Positions 37,420 through 49,404 are shown, numbered from the whole stretch's first letter. The stretch: 58,986 bases of DNA, filler included, from Sphacelaria rigidula (GCA_964200075.2; 7 parts of 7 records of this genome joined end to end with filler, not necessarily neighbours in it), one strand, 5' to 3'. The notes: generated by a model from the letters alone, not told the origin. Made by a program: numbers and translations.

Positions 37420-37835
37420 CAGGTGCACTTTTTTCACTTGGTTTTAGAGTACGGCTGAGCGGCTTTCCCACAAGGTCTGAGAGGCCAGCATTTGCTCACA
37501 CTTGATTTTAGAGTACGGCAACACGGTGTCATTCGGTCGTTCTCAGAAGCTCAGAGAGGCGAGCATTTGCTCTTACTTGATTTCAGAGTACAGCGAACGG
37601 GGTCATTTCGTTCTCTCAACCTCCGACAAAGTAGCATTGGATGATTCCCCTTCAGGAGGTTTCGGGAGCATCGCTCCCACGGCAGTGCTCTGCATGGTGT
37701 TTTCCGCCTTCTTTCCTCGCCATGGCGGTAGACCCTTCGTGCGCCCATGTCACATCGCACACAGGACTGTCAGAATCGTTCCCAGAGGCTCTGAGACAGG
37801 TGCACTTTTTCACTTGCTTTTAGACTCGGTGAAAC
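37420..37835. repeat. Diverged 63-75-nt tandem repeat (core CACTTGATTTTAGAGTACGGC)
   Basis: Core at about 37435, 37499, 37574 and 37811; sequence between cores is also homologous. Confidence 0.7.
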
Positions 37836-38071
37836 AGGGTCTCTTTGTGACCCTTTGACCGTCGGAGATGCCACCTCTTACCGTTTACAGGTCACTTGAA
37901 AATTGAATCGCGGAACGACTCTCCGTCCAACCTCAGCGCACACCGGAAGCATGTTGTGATCTTGCCCGAATGTCGTTCCCTTTCCCTGTCTATGCTGCTG
38001 CTTTTGCTCTGCCATACATGCGTTTTTTCGTCATGAGGTGCCGGCTTCTATTTTTCATGTTTTAGTCGGTA

Positions 38072-38640
38072 GACGGTCGCTCTGGTGGCTCAGTTGGTAA
38101 CCCCCAAACCTTATGGCGATTGGGTCGTCGGTTCGAACCTCAGTGCAGTCACACGATCTGGATTTTTATCTCACACCATGTTCAACAGTGGACGGCGCCT
38201 ACAATGTTCTCGTGAGATTGAGAGTAGAGCGCTGATTGAGAGTGGCTTTTGACTATTCGTTTCAACGAAACCAGTTTTTCATTCCATGCCTGCTTTTCTT
38301 CGCCTCTAGCACTGACGTGTGCATACAGCTACACGTCGATATCTTGCTCAGGGGTATCGAGGGTCTCAGTGGCAAGCTCCTACAGTACAGAGAGCATCTT
38401 GAGCCTCGTGGAGGGGCATCCCGGAACTGAAACGATTCATTGACGAATTGACCGCTCTCCACTCTCAATCGTATCTTCTATTCTCAATCTCACGAAAACA
38501 TTCAGTTTCAGTTTGTCGTGAGTAGACATAATTCGGTTTAATGGTCGACGAGCGAAGGGGACCGCTGAACCCCTCTCGCGATGAAAAAGTAAGGCGACCA
38601 CCACAGAATTTCCTGTGTTGACCTCCCTTCTGTGTTACAC
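38072..38640 (+). mobile_element. SINE family A copy interrupted by the hAT-like MITE (38202-38503)
   Basis: Clear A box TGGCTCAGTTGG and B box GGTTCGAACC. SINE body stops at about 38201 and resumes at about 38514 (TGTCGTGAGTA). Confidence 0.8.
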
Positions 38641-38715
38641 GTAAGGCACACAAGTACTGTATCAGCATGGATATCGCATCATGGTCTCGACTTCACTTCA
38701 TTTGTACTGTTTGAA

Positions 38716-39090
38716 CCCTTTTGGGACCGGAATCCTAGACACATGTGGTTTGCACGCAGGGGCGTTTCCATGAATCGGCAATATTTTTAGTTGGAAACGA
38801 TTAAAAATTATGTCGATTCATACACAAAGGCCCCTGCGTGCATATCACATGCTTCTGGAGATCCCGTCACAAAAGGGTTAATCCTTTGACCGGTAGGGTA
38901 GGTCATCTCGACCACGCTGTAGTTTGTGAAGTCCAAGTAACTGATGCCGATTTAACCCTTAGACCGCGAGATTAGTCTTTCTGGATCATGCATACTTTTT
39001 TTCACTCGAAATTGATGCCCATTCAACAGAAGACTATAACCTCGCGCTCTAAGGGTTAACAACAGATGACCTATCATGGCGGTCAAATGG
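38716..39090. mobile_element. Cluster of three piggyBac-like MITEs (38716-38877; 38882-39090; nested 38956-39055)
   Basis: CCCTT..AAGGG-type termini with TTAA or near-TTAA flanks. The innermost element has perfect TTAA on both sides. Confidence 0.8.
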
Positions 39091-39651
39091 TCAAATTCGT
39101 TGCCACTATATGGGTTCTTGGTTTGCGGGGGCGGTTAGTTCCTCAGGTTCACTTTTGATTGTGATGCGTTGTTTTGAGCCTTCGTACATGCTCATCATCC
39201 ATGTTGCTCTTCGGCCTGAAAACGAAACAAACAAGAAGTTTTTTTGAAAATCGAACCGGCATCATGCTCATGAAACAGTCAGAAGACACGACAATTTTTT
39301 CCCGCCGCTTTCCATCAACCATTTGACAGCGAAAATTAGGCAATCTGTTGAAGTGGCATCAATTTCACTCAATAAAAGTGTCTACGATCCAGATTTGCTA
39401 CCGTGCTCAGTCCATGAGCTTACACAACGCACACAGCTATCACCGGTGCTCATGTACCTTGGCTGTCGATCCACTGATCGTGGCGGCGAAGCCGGAGAAA
39501 CGCCACGTTGCGGTTGTCGTGTGCTCAACTGCCCTGCTATTTCTGGAGTCTGTTTCGTACAATGGGTCATGTCTGTGATGTTGAATCCGGGGTTGTCCGT
39601 GTTTCGAGAGATATCGGTCGCTACTGTTGGTCGACTGTTCATTGCTGTTTA

Positions 39652-40134
39652 GGCCGGATGTTATGGCAAATAGATTTTTGGCCCACGGGGTGTTCACCTC
39701 AGGGACATTTGACCCCCTTTTTGATCCCCAAACAGGGAAAATCGCCAACACACGTTTTGGGCACTTTTCATCACCCCACAGAGAGGAGCCTAGCCCATTT
39801 TTCAGATTCGCTCGGCTCCGAGGTTTCAAGATTGGCCGCTGAACAAATATTCATGTGCGAAAATCCGTGCTTGCCGACCCCCGCCAGTTCGCCTAATATT
39901 CTGTGGAGATCGCCGTAGATTTTGTTGCACACGGATTTTTGTTCAGCGGCCGCTCTCGAAATCTTGGAGCCAAGCGAATCTAAACAGTGGGCTAGGCTTC
40001 TCTCTGCAGGGTGATGCAAAGTGTCCAAGACGTGTGTTGGCGATGTTCCCTGTTTGGGGGTAAAAAAAGTGGCTCAAACGCCATAAAAGTGAACAATCCG
40101 TTGGCCGAAAGTCTGAGTGCCATAACATCCGGCC
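39652..40134. mobile_element. 483-nt PIF/Harbinger (Tourist-like) foldback MITE
   Basis: GGCCGGATGTTATGGCA ... TGCCATAACATCCGGCC with TTA on both sides (39649-39651, 40135-40137). Imperfect arms extend about 190 nt. Confidence 0.85.
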
Positions 40135-40254
40135 TTATGGACGACTTTCGCAGGACGGGATAGTCTGACATGTTGAATCCGTGGTCGTCGTTTACCGTGT
40201 TTTGGGGGATATCGGTCGCTACTGTTGGTCGATTGTTGTCTTACTTCTTCCGTT

Positions 40255-40759
40255 TCTCTTATATATCCATTACATTGCGGGTATTGCTGCTTCGTTGTTG
40301 CCCACGAAGGAGGGGGAATGAATAGTTTATGCCTTTTCAGTTGCTGTTTCTGGACCCTGTTCCGTACGATGGGCGTTTCTGCGGTGCTATAGTACTGGAC
40401 TCATGGTTGCGAACAATCGTGTGTGTCCGTCGCAAGTCTTTGTGTCCCCGGGTATCGGGTTCCTATTCGTTGCTGTGGGTGGAAAACGTAAATGAGTGTC
40501 TTCGTATCTCTTCTTCGACGGTGGAGGTAGTCTTTTGCCCGCTCTACCGTATCGGTACAATCGTCAAAAAAACATCATTAAGCCTCTTCTTCATACCCTG
40601 CCCCCGGGACACGGGTCTCCATAATATGCACACAGCGCAATATACTGCACTTGAAGCTATGATCTGTTCCATCACCTAATGCGACCAGCGATGACCGATC
40701 CTCATGTACCTTGGTTTCGATGTCATTGAGCGTGGCGGCGGAAGCCGCCGAACCCCTCG
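40255..40759 (+). mobile_element. Non-autonomous Helitron-like element
   Basis: 3' hairpin GGCGGC-GGAA-GCCGCC (40734-40749), then CTCG|T at 40756-40760. Candidate 5' end TCTCTTATATA at 40255. Related 3'-end sequence at about 39449-39510. Confidence 0.6.
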
Positions 40760-41678
40760 TATATATATATATATATTACGCCGGCAATATATCGCAAAAT
40801 TCCAATATGATCGACTAACATATTAAAAAGATATTGTATTGTCCAGGGTGTGAAAAACAAATGGTTTTCAAACTGGGAGTGCCTTCACAAGAATGCGCAC
40901 AGTGAACGTGTCTAGAAAACGCTATAATAACGCGGAATCTTACAAATTGGGGATGGATCTTTTTTGAGGGATGGGCGAAGTCAAAAGTTGGACCGAAAAA
41001 TGCCAAAAATGTTTTTCGGAAATATTGTTCTGTCATTTGTCTGACAGTCACCGGAGGTTTCGGAGGGCGTTCAGTGGAGGCACGTATGTGACTACTGCCG
41101 AGTTTTCATTGATCCGCACTACTACTACTAAACTGACATACTGTATGCACTCGTTGTACGGTATATAAACATGACATCGTCCCGCGAATATCGCCCTGCT
41201 GCATTCACTGCGACAAGCAGATGCCCCAGGCAGGCATTTGCGAGCACGTCGCCTCTACTACCAACAGTGTCAACTACTTATTATTGGTGGCACCGCATTC
41301 AAATGACACGAAGCTGAGATTCGTTGTAGTAACCAAGGGTAGGCAAAAAAACCCCTGGATCTCCTCTCGATTTTCCTCAGTTTGAACCGGCCGAGGGGTG
41401 GAGGGGGGGGGGGGGGGGGTGTGATATTGGTCACAGCCCAACAAATCGGTAAAAAAAAAAGGCCCTTNNNNNNNNNNCCGAGGGAAGATAATACACCCCG
41501 CGCCTCATCTCTCAGTTCTCCAAGACTGGTTTCGCCGGGGGGGGGGGGGGGGGGGGGGGAGGTGTGATATTGTTCACAGCACACTAAATCCTGAAAAAAA
41601 CAAGTCACTTCACCTAAGAGTGGGGACGAAAGTTTTCGAACTGGGGAGGGGGAGGTGGTATGTCTCACTGTATACTAA

Positions 41679-41985
41679 GCGCCCCGGTGGTCTGATGGTC
41701 TGACTGTAGCCATCAGGGTGCAGAGAACGAGCGCTCGATTCCCGATGTGTTGGGTCTTTTCTTCGATGTAATTTCCACCGTGGAAAGCGTGCGAACGTGA
41801 ATAAACAAAGTTGTCGACTGAGGTTTTTCGACGGGGTTCGACGCAGTGGGAGAGTGGTGGTCCAATCCGTGAGACCAAAATGCAAGGCGTGTACCGGGGA
41901 GAGATGGGTTAATCCCTTGAGACCGCGGACTCGTGTCGAGGAAGGGGGGAAGTTGAAAGTGCGACAAATACAAGAACTAAAAATA
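41679..41985 (+). mobile_element. tRNA-derived SINE family B
   Basis: Head GCGCCCCGGTGGTCTGATGGTC..GCTCGATTCCC; body shared with 45938-46240 and 57055-57375; A-rich tail. Confidence 0.75.
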
Positions 41986-42205
41986 CAACATAATACTAAA
42001 GTCCATATAAGTAGAAATACAACAATAATTGCTATACAAAAAACGAAAAAAAAAACATTTCTTGTGCCGGCCGAAGGTGTATGTGTGTGGACGGGGGGGG
42101 GGGGGNNNNNNNNNNNNNNNNNNNNNNNNNNNNNNNNNNNNNNNNNNNNTTAATTAATTAANNNNNNNNNNNNNNNNNNNNNNNNNNNNNNNNNNNNNNN
42201 NNNNN

Positions 42206-42740
42206 ATCTCGCACGTCCCGTTCCTCCTTGTATAGCTCACATTCTGCCACTATATGACTTCTGCTCTCTATTGCTTTGCCACAGAGGCAGTGCTGTCCAT
42301 CTCCTTCCTCATCCTTTCGACGACTGGTATATCTCTTTCTCTCTGGCAGGTCCAGGTCCCCCACCCGAAATCGCAGTTTCACATTCTTCGCAGCGTCCAT
42401 TGGGCCGTGCAAATATGCTTATATCCCTATCCCCTCTCTCAACCACCCGTATGTCTCCAGGTGTTCTTTCTCGTCTACTTTGCGTCTGAGCGTCCTTTTC
42501 CCCTTAGTTCGATCATATCTCTTACTCTTGCCTTGTATCCCGCGTCTTCATCTATCGACAGTATTTCGTCTTGGTTCCCGCCAATCTCCTTCCACACTTT
42601 CTCGACCTCTCTATCCCACCGTATAGCACACCCTTTCGTACTTTTCTTCCATGCAGCCCTATCAACTATAGCTGGCAATCTCTTCCTCTGGATGTTCTTT
42701 ACGCTATATTGCCATCGCAATTTACTCATGTCTCTGTTTG
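42206..42740 (-). mobile_element. Non-LTR retrotransposon (LINE) ORF2 C-terminal remnant
   Basis: Frameshifted RDMSKLRWQY..RLPAIV..AW, HGPMDAAKNVKLRFRVGDLDLPER, and zinc knuckle CLCGKAIESRSHIVAECELYKEER (CxC..E..H...C..Y..R), typical of LINE ORF2 ends. Confidence 0.8.
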
Positions 42741-43418
42741 GGGGGGGGGGGGGGGGGGGGAATAGATAAAGAGTAGTCATGTGTGGGTGGGGGGGAGGGG
42801 GGGGAGAGAGGTGAGATTANNNNNNNNNNGGCTTGTCGGAGGGACTCGAGGTAGGGGGCGCGGCAGGGGGGGGGGGGGGCTATCGTAGAAAGTGAGACCA
42901 CGGCTGGACCCCTGGGGGGTCAGTTAAGGTGCGACAATCAATCAATCAAATCAACTGTGTAGACACTGTGACTGGGTGTGCAGGCACAATGTGTTCATTG
43001 GTCTGTTGCACTTGCAGAGCAGCAACAGTGACCTCGCAACGTGATTGCTTTCCAGCCAAGGTGCCCAAATCACAGCCATGTTGAAACTGCGGTGCTGTAC
43101 CAGGAATCGCAGGTCTGTGGAATCTGCACAGATCGTGGTTGGCCACGCGCGACCAATCTGAATGAACCAATCAAATCAGGTCAATCAATAGCGTATGTGG
43201 TTGTGATCATATTGTCATAGGGACAAACAACATTTCGTGCGCCGTAATGCACTTCCGTCGCAGGAAGAGAGTCCCTAACCGAGTCAGCCATGGGCGGTGC
43301 ACCTGTGGCGTCTCTGGACGGAGATACTGCAGCGGAGAGCCGGGGAGCGGTGGTGAGTGGCCAAGACAAGCGTATATCGTGTTATGACCCCTACTTCTTG
43401 TTTGCCAGTAATTTTGCA

Positions 43419-44769
43419 CTTCCTCTGTCCCATAGATGAATGTCCTTTTGATTACACAGACCCTTAACGGTGTCCGACGCCGTAGACGGTATATCTATCA
43501 AGTGTTTTTTTTGAGTTTGAACTCGTATACAGGCTTGTTCAGACTGAATACCCAACATTTATTCCCCGGCTAATGACGAACGCAATACCCAGCCAATATG
43601 CACAAATGTGGTATCATACTGACTGCAATGAACAGACAAAACGGTTGACATAGCCGGATTTTTGTTCAAGGCTACAGCGGTGGCACTATGGACAAAAATA
43701 TGTCTCGACCAATCAGCGCCTCTCAAATTGTTCCGAAATTGAAAGCACGAATTCCAAGCCCAATTTCCGTCGAATCTCTACATGGTTCAAATCGTAGTAA
43801 CTGTCATCAACTTGGGAATCTAACGGGAGAAACAGATGTGAAAACGGTTCCAACGGGGTCGAATTTTGCCCGAAACAGTAATGTTTCGGTGATGTGAAGC
43901 TTTGGTGTCGTCTAATTCCCACTCATGATACGTACGAAAGACCCACGGAGCCTCGAGACGATTTCCCGTCCATCTGTTGCAGAAAAGCTCAGATCATCTC
44001 AAACTTGGCAGTCCCTCAGGTATTGATGCCCCAAATGCAGAAAAAAAATATATTCTCGGCAAGATTTCAAAGTTTCTACGTTCTCTACCGGCTTCCGGGG
44101 AGTCCCAGCATAAAGACCCCAGGAAACCGGTACAGAATGCCCCAGCACCAAAATTTGGACATCTTATTGTTAGGTGGTATCCCAAGAAATATGTGTGCCA
44201 ATTTTCGCTGCTCAACTCGAAAAACTGAATCGGCTGGGTCTTTTACCGCAAAAACAACCTCCCAAAAGGGCGATTCTGTACTTTAATCAAGTAATTACAG
44301 ACTTTTCTATACTTCAGTGCACGTTTTGGCATTTCCTCACGCCGTTTTTTCGAGTTAAGACCACGAAAATTTGCACACGTGTTCTCAAGGGCACTATCTA
44401 AAACTCGAAGACTGTTTTGTAATTTTATTATTTGTTGGTGGCTTTTTATCCAAGGTCGCGGTTGACCTACCTGACCGGGGGGGGGGGTTAAATCCCGACT
44501 ATCTCGACACCAACCAAAAAAAGAACGGTCTTGGAGTTTTTAGACAGTGCCCTCAAGAACATGTGTGCAAATTTTCGTAGTCTAACTCGAAAAAACGGCG
44601 TGAGGAAATGCCAAAACGTGCACTGAAGTATAGAAAAGTCTGTAATTACTTGATTAAAGTACAAAATCGCCCTTTTGGGAGGTTGTTTTTGCGGTAAAAG
44701 ACCCAGCCGATTCAGTTTTTCGAGTTGAGCAGCGATAATTGGCACACATATTTCTTGGGACAGAGGAAA
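43419..44769. mobile_element. About 1.35-kb Stowaway/mariner-like non-autonomous element with internal 240-nt foldback
   Basis: Left end CTTCCTCTGTCCCAT, right end TGGGACAGAGGAAA. 44180-44417 is the near-exact inverse of 44523-44760. Confidence 0.7.
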
Positions 44770-45937
44770 TTTGTATACATATACTCCTCTAAGTGATGTC
44801 AACTGTGTACTCCCTGTGTCGGAGGCTCGTCGTCACCTTGACATGTCATATCTGTCTGCGGTCTGCAGGTTGCGGCGAGCGTTGTCTTCCGTGCTCTCTT
44901 GAGTCGCACTGCTGAATATCCCAGCCGATTAATGCCTCGAGTCGTGTGATAGATCTATCACGCTTGAACACTTTCCACATACAATACATGTTCGCCTGAC
45001 ATGATGGCAAAATATTTGTGTCAGTAGTTCAGCTTTCCTTCTCCGCCTCCGTCGCCATTTTTGTAGCTCTTACGGTGAATCCCGTGCTGTATGCCCGTTT
45101 GTTCTTGAGCTGTTCACCTTCCTCCAGTCTTCATCTAGTTTATCCTAACGAGCTTTCTCTTGCTACCGCGGCTGGATGATGACTCGTAAAAAATCGCTCG
45201 ATGTGCAACAATCAATGAACCGATGAATCAAACAATTAATCGTTACGATGAAATTACCACCCAATCAGGCGGCCCCGCCTGTAAGGCGGAAGAGACGGCC
45301 GGGCAAGAAGGAAAAGAAGCCGATGACTCGGGAACAACGGCGGGCGAGCATGCAGAGTTTGCGCCAGCAAATCAGAGACAAGGAAATCAACCCTAACGCT
45401 GTCTCCCAAACGCAGCACAACGAAATGTAAGCGCACGTTGTTCTCATGGTGTTTCAGGGCGCGCGCGCGCGGAGGGGGGGGGTGGAATGGCAGGGCGGTT
45501 GATGACCCGAACATGGCAGTTCTCACACAGTTTTTGACTTGCTGTTGTTGTACGCTTTCTTGGAGCCGAACTCCAAAGTTGGGCTTGTGGTGCTTTGATC
45601 ACTTGATGATGACAACCACAAGATGTACTGAAGAAGGCCCGTGATGGACGACGAGTTTTGTGATATGACCCCGCACTACCGTTCCAACGACAAACCGCTG
45701 GATTGAGCATCTCACACTTCACATTCCACACGGCGTTCGAGAACGTTCGTACTCATCCTGTGCGTTCGTATCTATGCAAATATTTATTAAATGGTTTTCC
45801 CAACGCTGCTCAGGGCCGTGAGTTGCCCCAACCTTTCTGCATTTCTTGTTTCGATAAGTGTAAATCCAAAAAGGAATGTAGCCAGTAGTGGTGCTTTCGC
45901 CCTATCGTCCATTAATACAGCAGTAGTAGTAGCCGCT

Positions 45938-46240
45938 GCGACCCGGTGGTGTAATGGTCCGACTGTCGCCATTAGGGTGGAGAGAACGAGGGTTCGATTC
46001 CCGATGCGTTGGGTTTCTTCGTGGTGTCTGATTTCATTTCCACCGTGGAAAGCGTGAGAACGTGAGGAAACAAGTAGTCGACTGGTTTTGTGTGACGCGA
46101 GTTGACGCGGTGCGGGAGTGCTGACCCAATCCGCGAGACCAAAATGTAAGGCGCGTGCCGGGGGAGAGCTGGATCGATCCCTTGAGACCATGGACTCATC
46201 CCGAGGAAGGAGAGGGGTTCAAAGTGCGAGAAAATTTAAA
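45938..46240 (+). mobile_element. tRNA-derived SINE family B, best-preserved copy
   Basis: A box TGGTGTAATGG and B box GGTTCGATTCCC. Other copies at about 23675-23905, 31490-31775, 50115-50390 (+) and 57055-57375, 57595-57725 (-). Confidence 0.8.
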
Positions 46241-48637
46241 AGTGATGAATAGTGAACTGGTAGCTAGTTTGTGCGCCGTTGTGTGACCATCTGGTGGAAA
46301 CAAATCACAAAATAATATATGGGTGATCTATTTCCCGTTGGCGTCCTATTCGACGTTTCAAGGTGTCCGATTGGCGGTCACTTCACATCTCCTACTGTGT
46401 TGAGGTTTGGCATAATAGTGGTGGGCCAGCGATGGGCTACACGACGTGACTCGTTTTCGCCAGCACACACACAGCTGTTCCGAAATAGCTACCACTTTCA
46501 ACGCGAATATACACAACGACACGGATTCGGCCTCTCCGACGACCTCGGTTTTTTTCTTGTGTGTGCAGAATGGGGAATTTTGCATCTGCAGGCCTGACGA
46601 TCTTCCTGGTTCTAGGAGCTCTCAAAGGAAGCACTGGTGTCATGGAGAGCCAAAGGAAGCGGGTAAGGAGGGAGTACAGGCCTTTTGGAAAGGGGGCAGG
46701 GCGGGGGGGGCGTACTTCTTCGTCGCTCGCCTTAGTCGTTTGACCGTTGACTACATTTCCCTTTGGAGACGGGGTATGGGGAGAGGGTGGATGGGTGGAG
46801 TGCATGTATAGTTACTCGATACTCACGCTGCTCTAAGGTGACGGAGAAGCAGTCCATGAATTTTGTGTGCACAGCGTGTTACGATGCCAACAATATTCAA
46901 CAATATTTTCAAGTACTGGTCGTCCATAAATTCACTTTGTGGAAGCGACGTTGGGTCTGCATGACTGACACTTTCGGAAAATCATAGCCGGCACTTCGAG
47001 GTGTCCAACTATACACGAGATGGATGAAACCACTAGAATGTGTCCCGGCTCGGGATCATTCCATCCATGGTCGATATTATCTGGTTTGAGTGTGAACACC
47101 CAGATTCGGATCTTTAGTGAGGCTAATGGTCTCCAGTATAGTACTCCCTACCGTGCGCAGAACCCGTTTATATCCAAATCGTTGCGCCGATTTCACGTCT
47201 GCCGAAGCGCACTCTGCCTAGGACACCCTTCGCTCCCCCCTTGGCCAAGGGTTCTCGGTATGCCTTAGGTTGGGGCTAGGGTCAGGGGTGAAGTTATTTT
47301 GAAGACGTGTCAACCATGGATATGATGGCCCCGGGCTCGTACAAACCCACCTCGAATAAACCATCACACGACGCACAGCCGAGTATTGAAGGTCGCGGCA
47401 GGATTGAAGATTTGATAGTGAACTACGCCAACCAGGAGGCTCTTCCGCGCATAGGTGACCGTTATGTATCATACGCGCTCACATTGTACATACTCACAGG
47501 CCTTTGAATGATGCCGAGGCAGGGTATGGGTAGCTGAGCGCGTGCCTTTACGTTGGGTGCCTGTGTTGTCCTTGCTGTATGCGCTGATCTGGCGCATGAC
47601 TCGTTCCGAATCACGTTGTGATCGCCTGGCTCAGGAATGCCGTAGGTTTGCAGTTTGAGAGCCGTTCCCTTGAGAGGCATGAAGATATAAGAGAGGTTGA
47701 ATTGGTATTACAGATTGAAGAGGGGTTTTTGATGGCGCGGGCCAAAGCTTTTTCAAATCGAGCAGGGACGTGGAATATGACGAATGCTGTACGTATCAAC
47801 TTCACCGAAAAATACGAATTGTGCCCAGTACAGCGCAGGGTGCAGTTCGTTGGATGGCGAATGGGCGGAGGGATCGCCGAACATACCGCCTGTCAGTTTG
47901 CGATGGCACGTGCGATGGTTGGTGCCCGACATTGAAGACACAGCGATTTCCGATGGGTGTTGGAGTATTGGTGGGGTTCGTTCTCGGTGGGACTGTGTCA
48001 ACATGCTCAACTTTACCGCCTTGCGGGCTTGTCGGCCTTTACCCACATGGAATGCGGACGACGTGGGCACTCTTCAGCAATTTGAACGTCCCAGAAACAA
48101 TGAAATGTATGCCACGTCCTGCGGTGACTGTACTGGGCAGTGCCGCACAAAACCACCTGGGTTTCAATCAAGCCCACTTGGGCAGAAGGCCACGAAATAT
48201 GATCCTTGAAACAACCAATCTGTTGTACTGAGATGCACCTAATAGACGTCCTTCAGCAAAGCGCGCGACCATGCTCACGGGTGCGCTTTTGTCCGAAACT
48301 GTTTTGAGATAGATTTTTCCGGGTTATCACCGCCCTCTCTTTATCGCGTATCACTGTAACGGCACAATTTTTCAGAACAATTCAAAATCACGTTTATGAA
48401 ATGCTGTCGGCACTACGGCAGCTTCGCGTGGTCCTCTTGATACATGATAAAAGGTGAAGATTTGACATTTCGGAACATTTTTTGAATAGTTTGCTGGACT
48501 TTGCCGTGGAATATGTCTCGGGTCCTGTTGTTTACGATGATATCTGGCTTTTCATTTCTGAATACTACCCGAACCTGTTTCACTCTTCAACCATTTGATG
48601 GCGGCGAAGTGGACCAGGCACTACGGTTGATCTTCAA

Positions 48638-48884
48638 CCCTTTTGGAACCGTTGATGGCATAGTGACGATTTACAAACTCCCATATTTTAGCTTTCGTCA
48701 CCCGGAAAACGTCACTTGGAGTTGGGTGCACGAATCTGTCACATTGGTGTACTTGGACTAATCTGACTCAGAGTGGTGCACCGTTTTGGCGGGCTGCATC
48801 ATCAAACAGTTGCTGAAAAACATATCTTGCTCAAGAAAACATCAGTTGTAAATCGTCACTTGTCCATCAACGGTTCCAGAAGGG
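48638..48884. mobile_element. piggyBac-like MITE, about 40-nt TIRs
   Basis: CCCTTTTGGAACCGTTGATGG..AGTGACGATTTACAA pairs with TTGTAAATCGTCACT..CCATCAACGGTTCCAGAAGGG. Flanks TCAA / TTGA. Confidence 0.75.
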
Positions 48885-49404
48885 TTGACTGATGAAAATG
48901 CATGGATGTCGATCTCAGTAATGGAGCATGGGCATCTCTCCTTGGGAATTGTTGCTGTTGGTGCACAACGGTAGATCCTTGTCTTCGCAACGACGCAAAG
49001 GGGGTCATGGTGTCATGAACAGTTTTCGCGTGCTGTTGTTGAGGTGCTTACACCGAAATGCCTATTATTGTCTTGGCTGTATTGACTCCAACTGTTGTCC
49101 TGCGATGACCAGGCATCGTTTTTGAGTACAAGATGGATGAAACCTATTGCGGCCCGGTGTCTGCGATTGGATCATGACGCATCATGAGATTTTTTATTGT
49201 TGCATTCTTGGCAGTGAGCAGCCGCACAGCAGTGCGTATTGATCCAGAATCACTAGGTCTCATTATTTCACCTCTGGGTTCAATCGTTGCCGGGGAACAA
49301 CTTCACGTTTGTGTGTTGCTGTGCGTAAGTATCTGTCGACAACTCGTACACCGGCGGGGTTACCCTTTCTATATTTCGGACATTTTTATTCACTAACTCA
49401 ACAG

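Noticed and set aside
37420..37835. CRISPR-like array (GTTTTAGAG resembles type II repeat starts)
   Set aside because: Inter-core sequences are homologous to each other rather than unique spacers, cores are diverged and unevenly spaced, there are no cas genes, and the context is eukaryotic.
38072..38150. Functional tRNA genes at A/B-box sites (also 21219, 41679, 45938, 51000, 57375)
   Set aside because: Acceptor stems do not close, and each is followed by a shared 250-300-nt body, so they are SINE heads.
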